Virus record (IMG/VR): IMGVR_UViG_2878656381_000006
Length of the DNA stretch: 64,000 bases
Strand: one strand, 5' to 3'
Source: a virus
The stretch's first letter is position 1; each line of letters opens with the position of its first letter. Position numbers and translations under genes: made by a program. The notes below the pieces were generated by a model that ran no database searches, was not told the origin of the DNA, and saw only the letters and a program-made list of their open reading frames with translations. This document shows positions 33,858 to 45,000 of the stretch, one piece after another.

Positions 33858-34008
33858 ATACTGTAAGCCTCTTTCACATACTGAAAAAATGCGCTAGACT
33901 TTACATGTCTTGGCTGAGACCGCGGGTCTAGCAATAGTTATTGCCTACAGGTGCGTTCTGTGGGTGATAAGGCGAGCACGCTGCGCAAAGTGTGCTCGCT
34001 ACCCGTGT

Positions 34009-34269
34009 TTAACTGTTTTGATTTTCAAATAACTTTTGTTGCAATAAATAACCTTCTAAAGTCCAAACCTTACTTACTGCATTGTCGTATGCGATTTTCT
34101 CACCGATTTCTTTGACATAATTTGAAGAGTCAACACAAGCACTTTCTCCCGTCACTGTATAACCATTTTTTAGTGTTAACACGCAAGTGGTTAGCTTATC
34201 TGTTAAACGATGATATTCGGCTTTAACAATGACAGATTTGATATCTTCTAGCGTTAATTTATTCTTCAT
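34009..34269 (-). CDS. Phage N4 Gp49/Sf6 gp66-family protein
   Basis: TCVLTLKNGYTVTGESACVD..NY..EIG.KIA..NA...VW.LEGYLL signature. Confidence 0.8.
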   Translation of the reverse strand: MKNKLTLEDIKSVIVKAEYHRLTDKLTTCVLTLKNGYTVTGESACVDSSNYVKEIGEKIAYDNAVSKVWTLEGYLLQQKLFENQNS

Positions 34270-34334
34270 ATTTGCTCCTTATTTTTATTAAAGTTAATGT
34301 GTGCTTATTAGATGTTTGATTTCGTCTTCTTTTC

Positions 34335-37124
34335 CTATTCACCTCCCTTCACAACAATATCTTTAAATGCAATCGCATTATTTCTTATTGTGCCGATTAC
34401 GTTGATTTTGAACCTGATTTCTGTGACACCTTCCGGTAATTCACCTTCAACTTGCTTGACTCGCCATTCTGTTGTGTCAAATTCGCCAAGCTGTTCTGAC
34501 ACAAACGCTGACACAAACTCATCACCGCGATAAAGTTGCACTGAAACAACACAAAGCCCATTTCGCTTATCATATGTGCCGACTTTATATGAGAGTGCAA
34601 AACGCTTGTACACGCTTGAATCAACAGCAAACGATTTATAAATCGCAGAATGCTGATCTGCATTTGATGAAAGCATGATGTATTTTCCGCCGGGCATATC
34701 ACTATCGTTATAGTGATAAATAAGCGACTCACCTTGCGTGAACTCCTCTGCGTAGTTCCAGCCATATAATAGTTGCATGGCGCCCGCAACGCTGAAAGTA
34801 TAGTTAAACAAGCTTTTTAAGCCGTTTTTTACCGAGCAAAGCGTCATTTTATTAAACTCTTCGCCCACCACTTTTTGCGGGTCCGGATAGCTAAACTGGC
34901 TATCTGTTGTCGAGATAGTGCGCAAAACGGTGTCATCATTCAATAATGCGATTTCATAACTGACGCCATCACCCAAAATCGTGCTGTCTTCTGTGTGTGA
35001 AATCAGATTATCCGCTTGTACATCGCGGTCACGATGCGCCCAGCTGATGATAAATGCTGAACTATCTGCAATATTATTAATAAACGCACCATCTACTTTT
35101 ACGTTGCCTGGCGGGTAAGGACGCGCTTGACGTTGCTGTGTCGTAATTGTAAGCACCTCGGCGTCATCTTCTGCGAGTGTTTCTTGTGCTGTTTTAGTTA
35201 AAAGTTTGACGTTTAACTGTTCATTGACCGTGTATTTCGTGTTGTCTTCGCCACTTGCGAGCAAATAGCACCACGCTCTAGCACCTGCGCTGTGTGCTTG
35301 CGGGACCGTATCCGCACAACCTCGTCCTACATTAATTGTCCGCGTTTTTAAATCCACTGATTCAATTTTCACGATTTCATCATCAATCATCAGCGCAACC
35401 GCGTTTTTCAACGCATAGCTGTGCGTGCTTTCATTAAATTTAAAGTGCGTTTGATATTTATTAATATCGTCAGATAGCAACACCGATGGCGTAAAATCGC
35501 CTTCACCTGTGTCATTAAAACCTGCGCCTGCATCAGTTAAAATCTCAAAACCAATGGATAGTGGTGTCGGTGCATCTGCCATTGCCGCGATAAAGCAATC
35601 CGTTGGTTTAATAAAGGCAAGCTCTGCATCACTAAACACAAGTGGAAAAACATGATAAGGGATTTCAAACACGTGGCTGTGAGTAATGGGTTTAGCACTA
35701 TAATCTGGTGGCGTGTAAAGCGAGTCGGCTTTTTGAGTTGAATAGTTTGCCGCAGGCAAGCCAAAGACATCTTGCATGCAGGTGACAATAAACTCACCTT
35801 CGTTGCCGTTTTCGATGTGACTCACACGAAATACCGCGCTTTCAATGCCGCGGTCGGGAAGACTCACTTTAAATACATCGCCGTGTGTGAGTTCACTCGC
35901 ACGCATGTCAAAGACGATTTTAAGCCGCGTCAAACTACTTGCCACAATCTCTAAATCGCGCTGTGCAACACGTGCGGCTAAATCAAACGTGGGAATACCT
36001 TTGTATTCCACGGTTTTTGTAATCACACCATGCATACGCACTGACGCGATGTTATTAGCAATGGCTTTATCTTCACGATTCGTCACCGGGTCGAGGTATT
36101 TCACCACCACTTGATTAGCCGCATTATCTGTTGCCGCATTGTCATCGTCTTGCACGCGTAAAATGCCGTTGTCGTAGTTAAAGGTGTGCAACTCATCGAC
36201 TTTATAGTCGTTACGAATGAGTTTAACGGCGTATTTCCCCGTTTTAACATCTTCGTATTGCACCGCACCGATGTGGTCGATAATTTGTTGCACGAACTCT
36301 TTAACTGAGCCCTGACGATTATAGCGAATACACAGCCCAAAGCCTTCCTTGAAGAGTGTATCTGCCGCTTTCTTATAGCTTTCTATATCCAATTCCGTAA
36401 TGTCTTTTTTCCCGCCCCAGCTCTTGTTTGTTGCACACTCAACCAAAATATGCGCAGGATTCATGGCGTGAATCTGACGCACGTTTTCTTCTTGCTCTGG
36501 TGTTAAGCCTGAAATCTTCAAATTGTCATTACGCAGTAAAATCCGGGCTTTTTCCGGATACCATGGTGCAACCGCGCCCCACTTGTGCGTGCGACGAACG
36601 CGGTAACTGTGCTTTTTCGGATACGCGTTATAGCAACTGATAAGTCCGCTAAATACGGTTGTGACGGTGCCACGAAAGCCTGGAATCACATCCTCGGGAC
36701 TGACATTACCTGCGCTAATATCACCGTTTGAGAAAAAGGTGCTTTGCTCGACTTGTTGCTGCCTTGTTCTTTTTTTACGTCCTTTTCCACTTAATGCCGA
36801 ATTAAGCGGAGGATTGTGTACATTTTTCAGTAAATTGATCAGCATTTGTGTCGGCTTTTGGTCCGGGTCACCCATTAAAATTTCCATTCTTCCCTGAATG
36901 CCGCCTTCACCGCCAGTCGCCTCGCCACCAAAAAGGTTAGGCTTGTCTATATAGATAGCTTTCGATTGTGTCAGCTCACCAGGCGTGCCTACATACGCGG
37001 TTTTATCATCTACACGGATTTCCACAATTTCATCCACCGGTCCGCGCCCAATGCCCGATTGAATATCCCAATAGTATCTGTAGCCAACTGTAACCGGACC
37101 GCCGCCACGTCTTTTACCACCCAT
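34335..37124 (-). CDS. Tail tip / host-specificity protein with putative C-terminal carbohydrate-binding domain
   Basis: GRGPVD, MNPAHI, RGCADT and RPYPP motifs of D3112/B3-type tail tips. Confidence 0.85.
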   Translation of the reverse strand: MGGKRRGGGPVTVGYRYYWDIQSGIGRGPVDEIVEIRVDDKTAYVGTPGELTQSKAIYIDKPNLFGGEATGGEGGIQGRMEILMGDPDQKPTQMLINLLKNVHNPPLNSALSGKGRKKRTRQQQVEQSTFFSNGDISAGNVSPEDVIPGFRGTVTTVFSGLISCYNAYPKKHSYRVRRTHKWGAVAPWYPEKARILLRNDNLKISGLTPEQEENVRQIHAMNPAHILVECATNKSWGGKKDITELDIESYKKAADTLFKEGFGLCIRYNRQGSVKEFVQQIIDHIGAVQYEDVKTGKYAVKLIRNDYKVDELHTFNYDNGILRVQDDDNAATDNAANQVVVKYLDPVTNREDKAIANNIASVRMHGVITKTVEYKGIPTFDLAARVAQRDLEIVASSLTRLKIVFDMRASELTHGDVFKVSLPDRGIESAVFRVSHIENGNEGEFIVTCMQDVFGLPAANYSTQKADSLYTPPDYSAKPITHSHVFEIPYHVFPLVFSDAELAFIKPTDCFIAAMADAPTPLSIGFEILTDAGAGFNDTGEGDFTPSVLLSDDINKYQTHFKFNESTHSYALKNAVALMIDDEIVKIESVDLKTRTINVGRGCADTVPQAHSAGARAWCYLLASGEDNTKYTVNEQLNVKLLTKTAQETLAEDDAEVLTITTQQRQARPYPPGNVKVDGAFINNIADSSAFIISWAHRDRDVQADNLISHTEDSTILGDGVSYEIALLNDDTVLRTISTTDSQFSYPDPQKVVGEEFNKMTLCSVKNGLKSLFNYTFSVAGAMQLLYGWNYAEEFTQGESLIYHYNDSDMPGGKYIMLSSNADQHSAIYKSFAVDSSVYKRFALSYKVGTYDKRNGLCVVSVQLYRGDEFVSAFVSEQLGEFDTTEWRVKQVEGELPEGVTEIRFKINVIGTIRNNAIAFKDIVVKGGE

Positions 37125-37324
37125 TATTCACCTCTTGCTTTTTCAGCTTCTGCCACACATTTACGGGCAAACACACTGCCTGTATTTAATAGTGTCTGTG
37201 CCTCAATGCCGTTTTGTAAAAAGTCGTTAAAATCTAAGTTTTCGCGTTTAAAAAATGTTTCCACGCCCGATGCACAAAAACCGACGCGACGCATGTCTTG
37301 CATTGTAATGATCAACTTTTCCAT
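37124..37324 (-). CDS. Small tail assembly protein
   Basis: FCASG...F.DFLQNGI motif; position in tail module. Confidence 0.7.
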   Translation of the reverse strand: MEKLIITMQDMRRVGFCASGVETFFKRENLDFNDFLQNGIEAQTLLNTGSVFARKCVAEAEKARGE

Positions 37325-37327
37325 TAT

Positions 37328-37579
37328 TTACCCCTTCTTAATCGGGCTTGAACGGTAGTTACCGTAAGCTAATACTTGCCAGTCTTCTGTCCAGCAATCA
37401 CCGAAAAACACGCATTGCGGAATACCTTCATCCACTTGCGGGAAGTTCCATTCCTCGCTTGATACTGCCTCGATGCTTTGCCCCGTGCGCGGACGTGGAG
37501 CGAGTGCGGTGTTGACTAAATAACTGATTGCCATGACGGCTACCGCACGAACAATCGCCCAACCAATTGCTGCAAACAT
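37328..37579 (-). CDS. Small tail assembly protein
   Basis: FPQVDEGIPQCVFFGDCW. Confidence 0.7.
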   Translation of the reverse strand: MFAAIGWAIVRAVAVMAISYLVNTALAPRPRTGQSIEAVSSEEWNFPQVDEGIPQCVFFGDCWTEDWQVLAYGNYRSSPIKKG

Positions 37580-37595
37580 ATCAACCTCCTCTTAT

Positions 37596-38405
37596 TTAAA
37601 ATACTCTTGAACCGTCGTACGGGGATTTATTCGGCATGTGCGGGACGCCGCCAAAATTGAGCATATTGTTAAACTTTTTCAAACAAGTAACAGGTCTACC
37701 ATCGCAACCGGGATACGCTTTAATCACTGTGCCGACAGAGAGTTTCTGTGTGCCACCAAGTAGTGTGAGCTGGTTGTTTTTATGTGTTTTAACCGCGCGC
37801 ACTTCACGCACCCCGTCACTGTCAATCCACTCAATAAAACCGGCATTAAACCAGCCTTCCGGCAAATCATCGGGCACATTGACTACAATCATCACACCGT
37901 CCATCGCACTAATCGTAAGCCCTGCCACTGCGAAGTTTTTCGGATTTAACTGGCAGTCTTGGTCATACAATGTATATGGGCAGTTGCGCCCCCAAGTAAG
38001 GCGCAGTCCTGCGCTGTCCATCGTGGCTGAAAGCCCAGCCGAGATAAGTTGCGTTTTATGCACATCAGGACGTTTTGCTTCAATGATTGTGCCCACCCAC
38101 ACCACGCGCATTTCTTGTTGCTCATAATGCAAACGCATAACCATGACTTTCACGGTTTGGCTTGGCGGCATACCGCGATAAAGCAGTGCCACAGGGTTAT
38201 TACTCGGTAGTGTGATATTGATATTTTCACCCGTGCGACGCCCGGTGTCCGAGATGGCAATGGCGGTCCACTTTTCGTTATTAACCACGATGTCTTTATC
38301 TGCGTCACAAAACCGCCAGATTTTTTCGTTATCGCCGCGGATGAACTGATACAGCGTGACAGGCTGTCCGTCTGCGATAGAGTGCTCTTTGTCTAAAAAA
38401 CTCAT
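37596..38405 (-). CDS. BR0599/DUF2163-family tail hub protein
   Basis: CPYTLYDQDC and PGCD....C..KFNN..NFGG.P motifs. Confidence 0.85.
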   Translation of the reverse strand: MSFLDKEHSIADGQPVTLYQFIRGDNEKIWRFCDADKDIVVNNEKWTAIAISDTGRRTGENINITLPSNNPVALLYRGMPPSQTVKVMVMRLHYEQQEMRVVWVGTIIEAKRPDVHKTQLISAGLSATMDSAGLRLTWGRNCPYTLYDQDCQLNPKNFAVAGLTISAMDGVMIVVNVPDDLPEGWFNAGFIEWIDSDGVREVRAVKTHKNNQLTLLGGTQKLSVGTVIKAYPGCDGRPVTCLKKFNNMLNFGGVPHMPNKSPYDGSRVF

Positions 38406-38418
38406 CTTTAAACCTCTT

Positions 38419-40098
38419 TTAAACCTCTAGTTCATCACGTAACCCACGGAAACTCACGGTCACTGTTGCGACACCGTCTGCATCGGTGTGATGTGTCCAT
38501 GTCACCTGGTCGCTTTCAAGTCGAGAGAGCGTGAGAAAGGATATTTTTGCTATCTCTTCTTGCTTAATTCTTAACTCTTCACCATCAAATGAGAGTCGCT
38601 CTGTTTGCTCGTCAACGACTGATGATGTGACGATTCTGCGATAGTGCACACTGCCGTCTGTGCACTCGATACGAATATCTTGACGACCGACTTGATTTTT
38701 CAAAATCGCGGTGTAGTGTATGAAATAGATATCAAACGTCTTAGTAGAAATGTCTGATTTCAGCGTGATATCTGTTGCCGAGGTGGCAACCCAAATTGCG
38801 CGCTGTCTGCCACGTAGATAGTAGAACAGCTGACGTAATTTGCGCTGTTCTTCACGATTCGCTAGCACAAAGCGATGACTTGTGATTTGAAACGCTTTGC
38901 GTGCCGTATCAAGATAAAACGGCAGTCCCGTTTCGTTATCAAGCGTCTGAATCAAGCGCAAATATTGTGCGGTGACATCTTCTGACCATTCGCTTGTCGG
39001 TTCTAAAACTGGGTGATTGCGGTATGTCGGCAAGTGCGTGATATCATCAGAGTACGCGTTGTGTTCATGCACTTGTAAGCGTACTTGTGCGCTCGAGACA
39101 CCATCACTTAATCGAGTGAGTGTCGGCATATCAGTCAATACTGCAGCACGTAGAGGATAAACCGCAGTATAAATATCAAAATGATTCACTGTCGGGCGTT
39201 TTAAAATCAGTTTTTCTGTTTCAAGCCCAACAATCTCGAGCATCTCTTTAGTTTTCCCGTTCATCAATAATACGCGACCGCCAGGGCTAAAATCATAGCC
39301 TTGAGTCTTGATATTGATTTCAAGGTCGCCTGGCTCAACGTGTTGTAACAGCGTTGCACAATCGGTAAAAATCGGCATAGACCAGATGCGCGAGCCATAC
39401 GCATAGAGCATGTTTTCAAATATTTGACGGTTAACACCTTCTTTCGTGACTTTAAACTCAAATGTGCGGCGTGGAGATAACCGTTTTGCAATGCGTTGCT
39501 CGGCACCTGTAATTGACTGATGTACTGTCGTTAAAAAATGCAAGTTTTCGATGATATTTTCGCTCCAATCTGGGAAAAACGACCATTCAGTTGAGCGAGA
39601 ACCTGTAATATTAAGCGTGACGGGCGAGTGATTGACAAAGTGCCACGAAGCGCGCGCATCAATCACTGCGGGACCGTTCATTGACACTTTAACCGTCCAT
39701 TTTTTCAACGCGAGCGAGTGAAATTTAAGCGGTGCTGCAGCACCGTTAAACTCAATCCCTTCTGCGTCACGTGTCTGAAGAGATGTTAAGTTCACCGCGT
39801 GGCGATTTGCATTCCAGACTTGCACATTAAAGATTTGTTCAATTGAAATAGAGCCAAGATTGACGATATGCGGGATGACATAGACGCGGCTATAAAGTGT
39901 TTTATAGTAATTTGGCACAATGTATGCTTTTGTTGATTTTGTTAAGTTTTGCTTAACTGTCGCACCTTTTGTACCATATTGAACAGCCTTTGACTTGATA
40001 ATACGCTGTGTTGCCGCGCGATATGTTGTCAGTCCGACTAGAAAACTGCCATAACCCGTGCCTTGATGTGTGACTTTATACCCTTTAATTGTTGCCAT
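38419..40098 (-). CDS. Virion structural (distal tail) protein
   Basis: PDWS...GAEQR.A.R..PRR motif; position. Confidence 0.75.
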   Translation of the reverse strand: MATIKGYKVTHQGTGYGSFLVGLTTYRAATQRIIKSKAVQYGTKGATVKQNLTKSTKAYIVPNYYKTLYSRVYVIPHIVNLGSISIEQIFNVQVWNANRHAVNLTSLQTRDAEGIEFNGAAAPLKFHSLALKKWTVKVSMNGPAVIDARASWHFVNHSPVTLNITGSRSTEWSFFPDWSENIIENLHFLTTVHQSITGAEQRIAKRLSPRRTFEFKVTKEGVNRQIFENMLYAYGSRIWSMPIFTDCATLLQHVEPGDLEINIKTQGYDFSPGGRVLLMNGKTKEMLEIVGLETEKLILKRPTVNHFDIYTAVYPLRAAVLTDMPTLTRLSDGVSSAQVRLQVHEHNAYSDDITHLPTYRNHPVLEPTSEWSEDVTAQYLRLIQTLDNETGLPFYLDTARKAFQITSHRFVLANREEQRKLRQLFYYLRGRQRAIWVATSATDITLKSDISTKTFDIYFIHYTAILKNQVGRQDIRIECTDGSVHYRRIVTSSVVDEQTERLSFDGEELRIKQEEIAKISFLTLSRLESDQVTWTHHTDADGVATVTVSFRGLRDELEV

Positions 40099-40105
40099 CT
40101 TCTAC

Positions 40106-41068
40106 TCACTCAACAATACGATATGCGACGCCTTGCACGCCTGAATTATCTAATCCACTTTCTAAGTCATATTTAATTCTATGATCATATTGTGCACTCG
40201 GCACTATCATCCAACGTTCACCAAGCATTGTTAAGATTTGACGCGGTGCGATACCGTTCATCGTGCATTCATATCTATCTGGTAATATACCTAAACGACG
40301 TAACACGCCGTCTTTGCAATGCGCAATTAAGCTATGAGGGCAGGGAATGAGCATTTGTCCAAATTTTGATTGACTCCAATCGACCAATTTTAAATCTGGA
40401 TGTGATGTTCTATCTGTTGTGTACATCGCCGCTCGACCGAGCGTCAACAATGCTTTGCCAAAATCTTTTTCGGCAATATCTTTTACCCAGGCATCAAATG
40501 GACAAAAATACCATGGGCTTTTCGTCTCACCCGCCAAGCCATCTGCACGCAAAACAGGTAAAAAACTCTTAGCACCTGCGGAGAAACCAAAATTATGATC
40601 GTAGCTGTTATATCGCTCATAACCTTTTTGCATATAAGTGCCAAAAGCATATTGACCGCCTGTGTACACACCCTCCTTATCTAGCGTACCGATACCAAAG
40701 TGTCGAAAACGCTCAGCTCCAATCTGAACAACCACGTGTAAATACTGGCTTGTGCCGAAAAAATCATACGTCACAAAGTTGCCATTTTCTAAATGCGATG
40801 TTGCTGTTTTGACTTGTTGAAATGCAGATTGTGGGTTTGCGGAACTACCTGGCTGATTGAATACATCGCGACTATCGTCAAATCCAGTGCACGCAATCGT
40901 AAAAAGTAACTTATCTTTAAATTCTAACGCCCAGTAGCCTTCGTTATTTTTAAGAAATAATTGTGTTGCAGTATGTTTGTGAATTGTCCAATTTTGAGAT
41001 TGTGCAAAGTCTTTTAATTTTTCAAGCAAGATTACAACTGAAGTTGCTGTACCTGTCTGATAAGCCAT
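40106..41068 (-). CDS. Virion structural protein
   Basis: MAYQTGTA start; FRHFGIG.LDK.G.YTGG. Confidence 0.75.
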   Translation of the reverse strand: MAYQTGTATSVVILLEKLKDFAQSQNWTIHKHTATQLFLKNNEGYWALEFKDKLLFTIACTGFDDSRDVFNQPGSSANPQSAFQQVKTATSHLENGNFVTYDFFGTSQYLHVVVQIGAERFRHFGIGTLDKEGVYTGGQYAFGTYMQKGYERYNSYDHNFGFSAGAKSFLPVLRADGLAGETKSPWYFCPFDAWVKDIAEKDFGKALLTLGRAAMYTTDRTSHPDLKLVDWSQSKFGQMLIPCPHSLIAHCKDGVLRRLGILPDRYECTMNGIAPRQILTMLGERWMIVPSAQYDHRIKYDLESGLDNSGVQGVAYRIVE

Positions 41069-41069
41069 T

Positions 41070-42062
41070 TTATGCCCCCGTTTCAATTACAAAAAAATCA
41101 CGCACAGACACACGAAATGTGCCGTTAAATACAATTCCTCTAAAGTTTTCGGTTTCACTTTCAATGACATCACCTGCCGCACGCTGTAACCCCGGCACCC
41201 AGTACACGCCGTCCATTGTTCCCCAGCGATTTAGTCCCTGACTTGAATCTGGCATACTAATAAATTCAACGGGAATTAATGGGTAAATCTCACCCGGTGC
41301 CGCACCAAGTCTGTCTTGTGAATAAGGGACTTCATGCCAATCACGGCGATAATTGCACGTCGGGAATAAACGCTGTTTTGCTGAATCCGATGTGATATTT
41401 TCATAGCGAGAACCGAAAAAATCGCGCCACGCCTGGTCAGGTGTCATTAGCCAGCAATTACCATAGCGTGGATCAACAATAGAAGAGACAAAGTGGTTAT
41501 TTTGTGAATAGCGCGTCAAACTTCTATTTTTATTTATGTCCACTAACGGGGCAGAGCCTGCCACACAAAGCGGATACGGATATTCCGTTGGCGGCACTGT
41601 TGGCAAAATAAAGCCGAGGTAAGCGCTTGAGCACACTTGCGAAATACGTGTAATAATCTTGCAACAGCGACCTGATGCGACGATGTGATATTCAACCGGA
41701 CGGTCGTCAGCAAAGAGCACAACGCCGGGCGAGGCGTTTATCATGCCGCGCTCAATTTCCGTTGCGGTGACAAATTGGCTATTAAAGAATGTACCGCCCC
41801 AAAAATTAATGTTAAACGTATCTTCTGCAATCAAATTGTCAGTCGATGCACACAGATAAATATCTTGCTCAACGCCGGTGCCGGTTGATTTCCATGCGAT
41901 TTGACGAATAGGTTTTCGCACAGGCGTGGCATCTAACGTTCGTTCAAACAACATTGTCCACGCCTGTCCGTCACGTACTAGCTCTTCATTTGTGGTTAAA
42001 AACGTGTTGATTTTATCGAGTAAATCGCGCTCATTTTGCGCGGTGCCTGTTTCGTATGCCAT
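41070..42062 (-). CDS. Virion structural protein
   Basis: MAYETGTA start; EYPYPL.VAGS. Confidence 0.75.
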   Translation of the reverse strand: MAYETGTAQNERDLLDKINTFLTTNEELVRDGQAWTMLFERTLDATPVRKPIRQIAWKSTGTGVEQDIYLCASTDNLIAEDTFNINFWGGTFFNSQFVTATEIERGMINASPGVVLFADDRPVEYHIVASGRCCKIITRISQVCSSAYLGFILPTVPPTEYPYPLCVAGSAPLVDINKNRSLTRYSQNNHFVSSIVDPRYGNCWLMTPDQAWRDFFGSRYENITSDSAKQRLFPTCNYRRDWHEVPYSQDRLGAAPGEIYPLIPVEFISMPDSSQGLNRWGTMDGVYWVPGLQRAAGDVIESETENFRGIVFNGTFRVSVRDFFVIETGA

Positions 42063-42071
42063 GTTTACCTC

Positions 42072-45000
42072 TTATTTCAATTCTTCTTTAATTGTTTGTT
42101 TGTTCGCGCGAATGACCGTCAATACCGCTTGTTCGCCGTCATACGTATTAATACCTGCAGTAAAAAGCTCAGCACTGTCAACTGCCAAGGTTTGTTGAAT
42201 ATGCACGGGTGACGCCACCGCGTGCACACCCGTGTTATTTTGCATCGCTTGCGTCAAGCCCGGCTCTTTGCCTGTGGACACTTTCGGCATAGAGACAAGC
42301 CCGCCGGTACTGTATTTACGCAGTTGTCCGCGGTTAATTGCATGCAAGAAATCCACCCCGTAGCGTGATACAGAAGCTGCACGAATCACGTATTCACCAT
42401 TTGACAGTCGTGCGGGGATAGAGTCGGACGTGCCAGTGCCTGGTCCTGTGATATAACCCCCAGTTGCCGCAGTCACCACGCCCCCGACCGCGCCAAATAA
42501 GCCACCGATTGCACTGGTTGCCTGCATTGCAAGCTGTTGTGCGGCGATTTGCGCCATGGAATTCACAATCGTTAATGCGAGATTTTTAATGGCATCACGT
42601 AACGTCATGGTGCCCTGTGCAAGCCCCATCAGTGAACTTTGAATGCCTTGTGTCAGCCCGTCTTTGAACGCTTTTTCCAAGTCATTGCCCGCACTTTTTA
42701 ACTCAACAATTTTTAACTTCATTTGCTCAAGCATATTGCGCGCTTGCTCACCTTGCGCGCCGGGCATTTTTGAGAGTTTCTCTAGTAGTGGCAATTGTTT
42801 TTCAATCTCGGTCACCGTTTGTGCATAGACTTCTTTAAGCTGTCGTTGCCCCTCAAGATGTGAGATAAGCCCTGTGTTTACTTGGGATTGAATGCGCTGT
42901 TCTTGTGCGCTTTGATTTTGAAACAGACGATTGATTTCAGCCTGCACACCATCAATTTGCACTTTTGCTTGCTCAAGCGGCAGCACTTTTTTAATTAAAT
43001 TAATCCCTTCCACGTTCCCTGCCTTTTGAAACTCGGCAAGCAACTTGTTATAACGTCCCTCGATGTCAGTTAAATTGGCTTTGACTTCTTGCCCTGTTAA
43101 GCGCAAGTATTGAATATTCAGTTCAAGGTTTTTGGCATCAGCGTCATACTTTGTCTTTTTGTTTTTTGACTTACGGTATTTTTCACCTTCTGCAATCGCT
43201 TTTGCGTCTTTAAGAGCTTGTGCAATCTGTTCTGGCGTCGCTCCCTCTCTGTGATTGATATCATCAACTAAACGCTCTTCTGTTGTCATTTTTGCTTGAC
43301 GTGCACGTTTACTTAGATCACCAAAAAACTTTTCGTTATCTTTTGCGATTTTTGCATTATCAATCTCATCAATGAGTTTTAAGTTTTCCGCAAGTTTTTT
43401 ATTGAATGTATCAAGCACCTGTCCGCTTAAACCCGCATCACGTGCCATTGCCATGAATTTTTCACCGAGTGAAAGCAATTGCTCTTTCGCCGTTTGCGTG
43501 ACATTCACCAGCTCCTTACCGAGTTTGACATTGATTTCGTCAAGCTCTGAGCTTGCCGATTTCATTTGCTCTTCAGCATCTTTAATGACGGGCGTTAATA
43601 ATTCGATAGCTTCTTTTGCATTTGCGTCACCGATTTCTCTTAGCTTTTCAGCCAATGCACCGCCGTGCTCTATGGCTGCATCAAATGCAGCGTTAAGCTG
43701 TGACTCAGTGATTTCACTGAGATTTTTTGTGTTAGTTGTGAGCTTGTTAGCTTGATTCTCAAGCTCTTGAATTTTCTTGTTGTATTCTTCAAGCTTAGAT
43801 GTGTCTGCAAATCCAAACCCGCTGATTTGATTGATTTCTTGTATTTCAGCACGTTTTGCTTTGAGTAACTCAAGCTCTTTTTTGGCATCATCCAGTGCTT
43901 TTTTATTGCTCTCTAGTTGTGCCATTCTGTCTGAAAAACCACCGATTTCACCGAGTCTTTGACGTGACTCAATGAGCTCTTCTGTCTTGTCAATGTGTGA
44001 TTGAATAGACGAGAGTGTCTGATTGTATTGCGCCTCTAATTCCTCTTCTTTTGCTTTGAGATATTGATAAGCCGCGATTAAGCCGAATGTTGCTAACACA
44101 GCCGCACCAAAACCACCGCCAACAAATGCCAGCGCACCTGAGCCGATACGCGATGCCAATCCCACGCCTTTTGCTGATGCTTCGGCTTTTGCGAGCATGC
44201 CTTTAGCCAGTGCAAGCCGTTTACTTGCGGCTTCTTCTGTTTGCATTGCCAGTGTTAAACGTTTTGATGAGGCGTAACCAGCGTCTTTTGCTCGCGCCAG
44301 CTCAAGCTCTTTGACTGCCGCAATATGTGCAGATCTTGCTGCCATGACATCAATTTGTGCTTTCGCCCTTGTTGCAAGCGTGCTTTTTGTTGCGGCAGCT
44401 TGTTCTTGAACATACGCAATAGCCACTTTTCTTAATGATGCAAGAAGTCGTACACCAAATACTGCGCCCGCTACAATAGCGATTGCACCGAGTTCATCTA
44501 AGCTATCTGCTAGTGCAGATATTGACGAGGCAATCAGTGATGAAGCAGATGTTGCGTTATCCGCCTGACCGATAAATTGTAGCCATGCGTTAGAAAGCTC
44601 ATTGACCGCACGGCTAATGGTTTTGGGCATCTGATCGTATTGCGCTTGAATTTGCTCTTGCGCTTCTTTTGTCGCAGCTAAAATAAGTTGTGGAGTCAGC
44701 TCACCGTCTTCTGCCATTTTTCTAAGTTCACCGCGCGTTTTACCCAGTGATTTCTGCAAGATTTCAAGAATGACAGGGGCTTGTTCGGCAACCGAGTTAA
44801 ACTCTTCACCGCGCAATGTCCCTGAGGCTAAACCTTGCGATAGCTGGATTAATGCCGCTTTGGCTTCTTGTGCGCCCGCACCCGAGACGACGAGTGCTTG
44901 TTGAATAGTTTTAGTGAATTGAAGAATTTCCGCACTATTGGCATTACTGCCCATGCTTCGATAAACGCGCGTATAAAGCTCGGCGGTTGCTTCAAACAGT

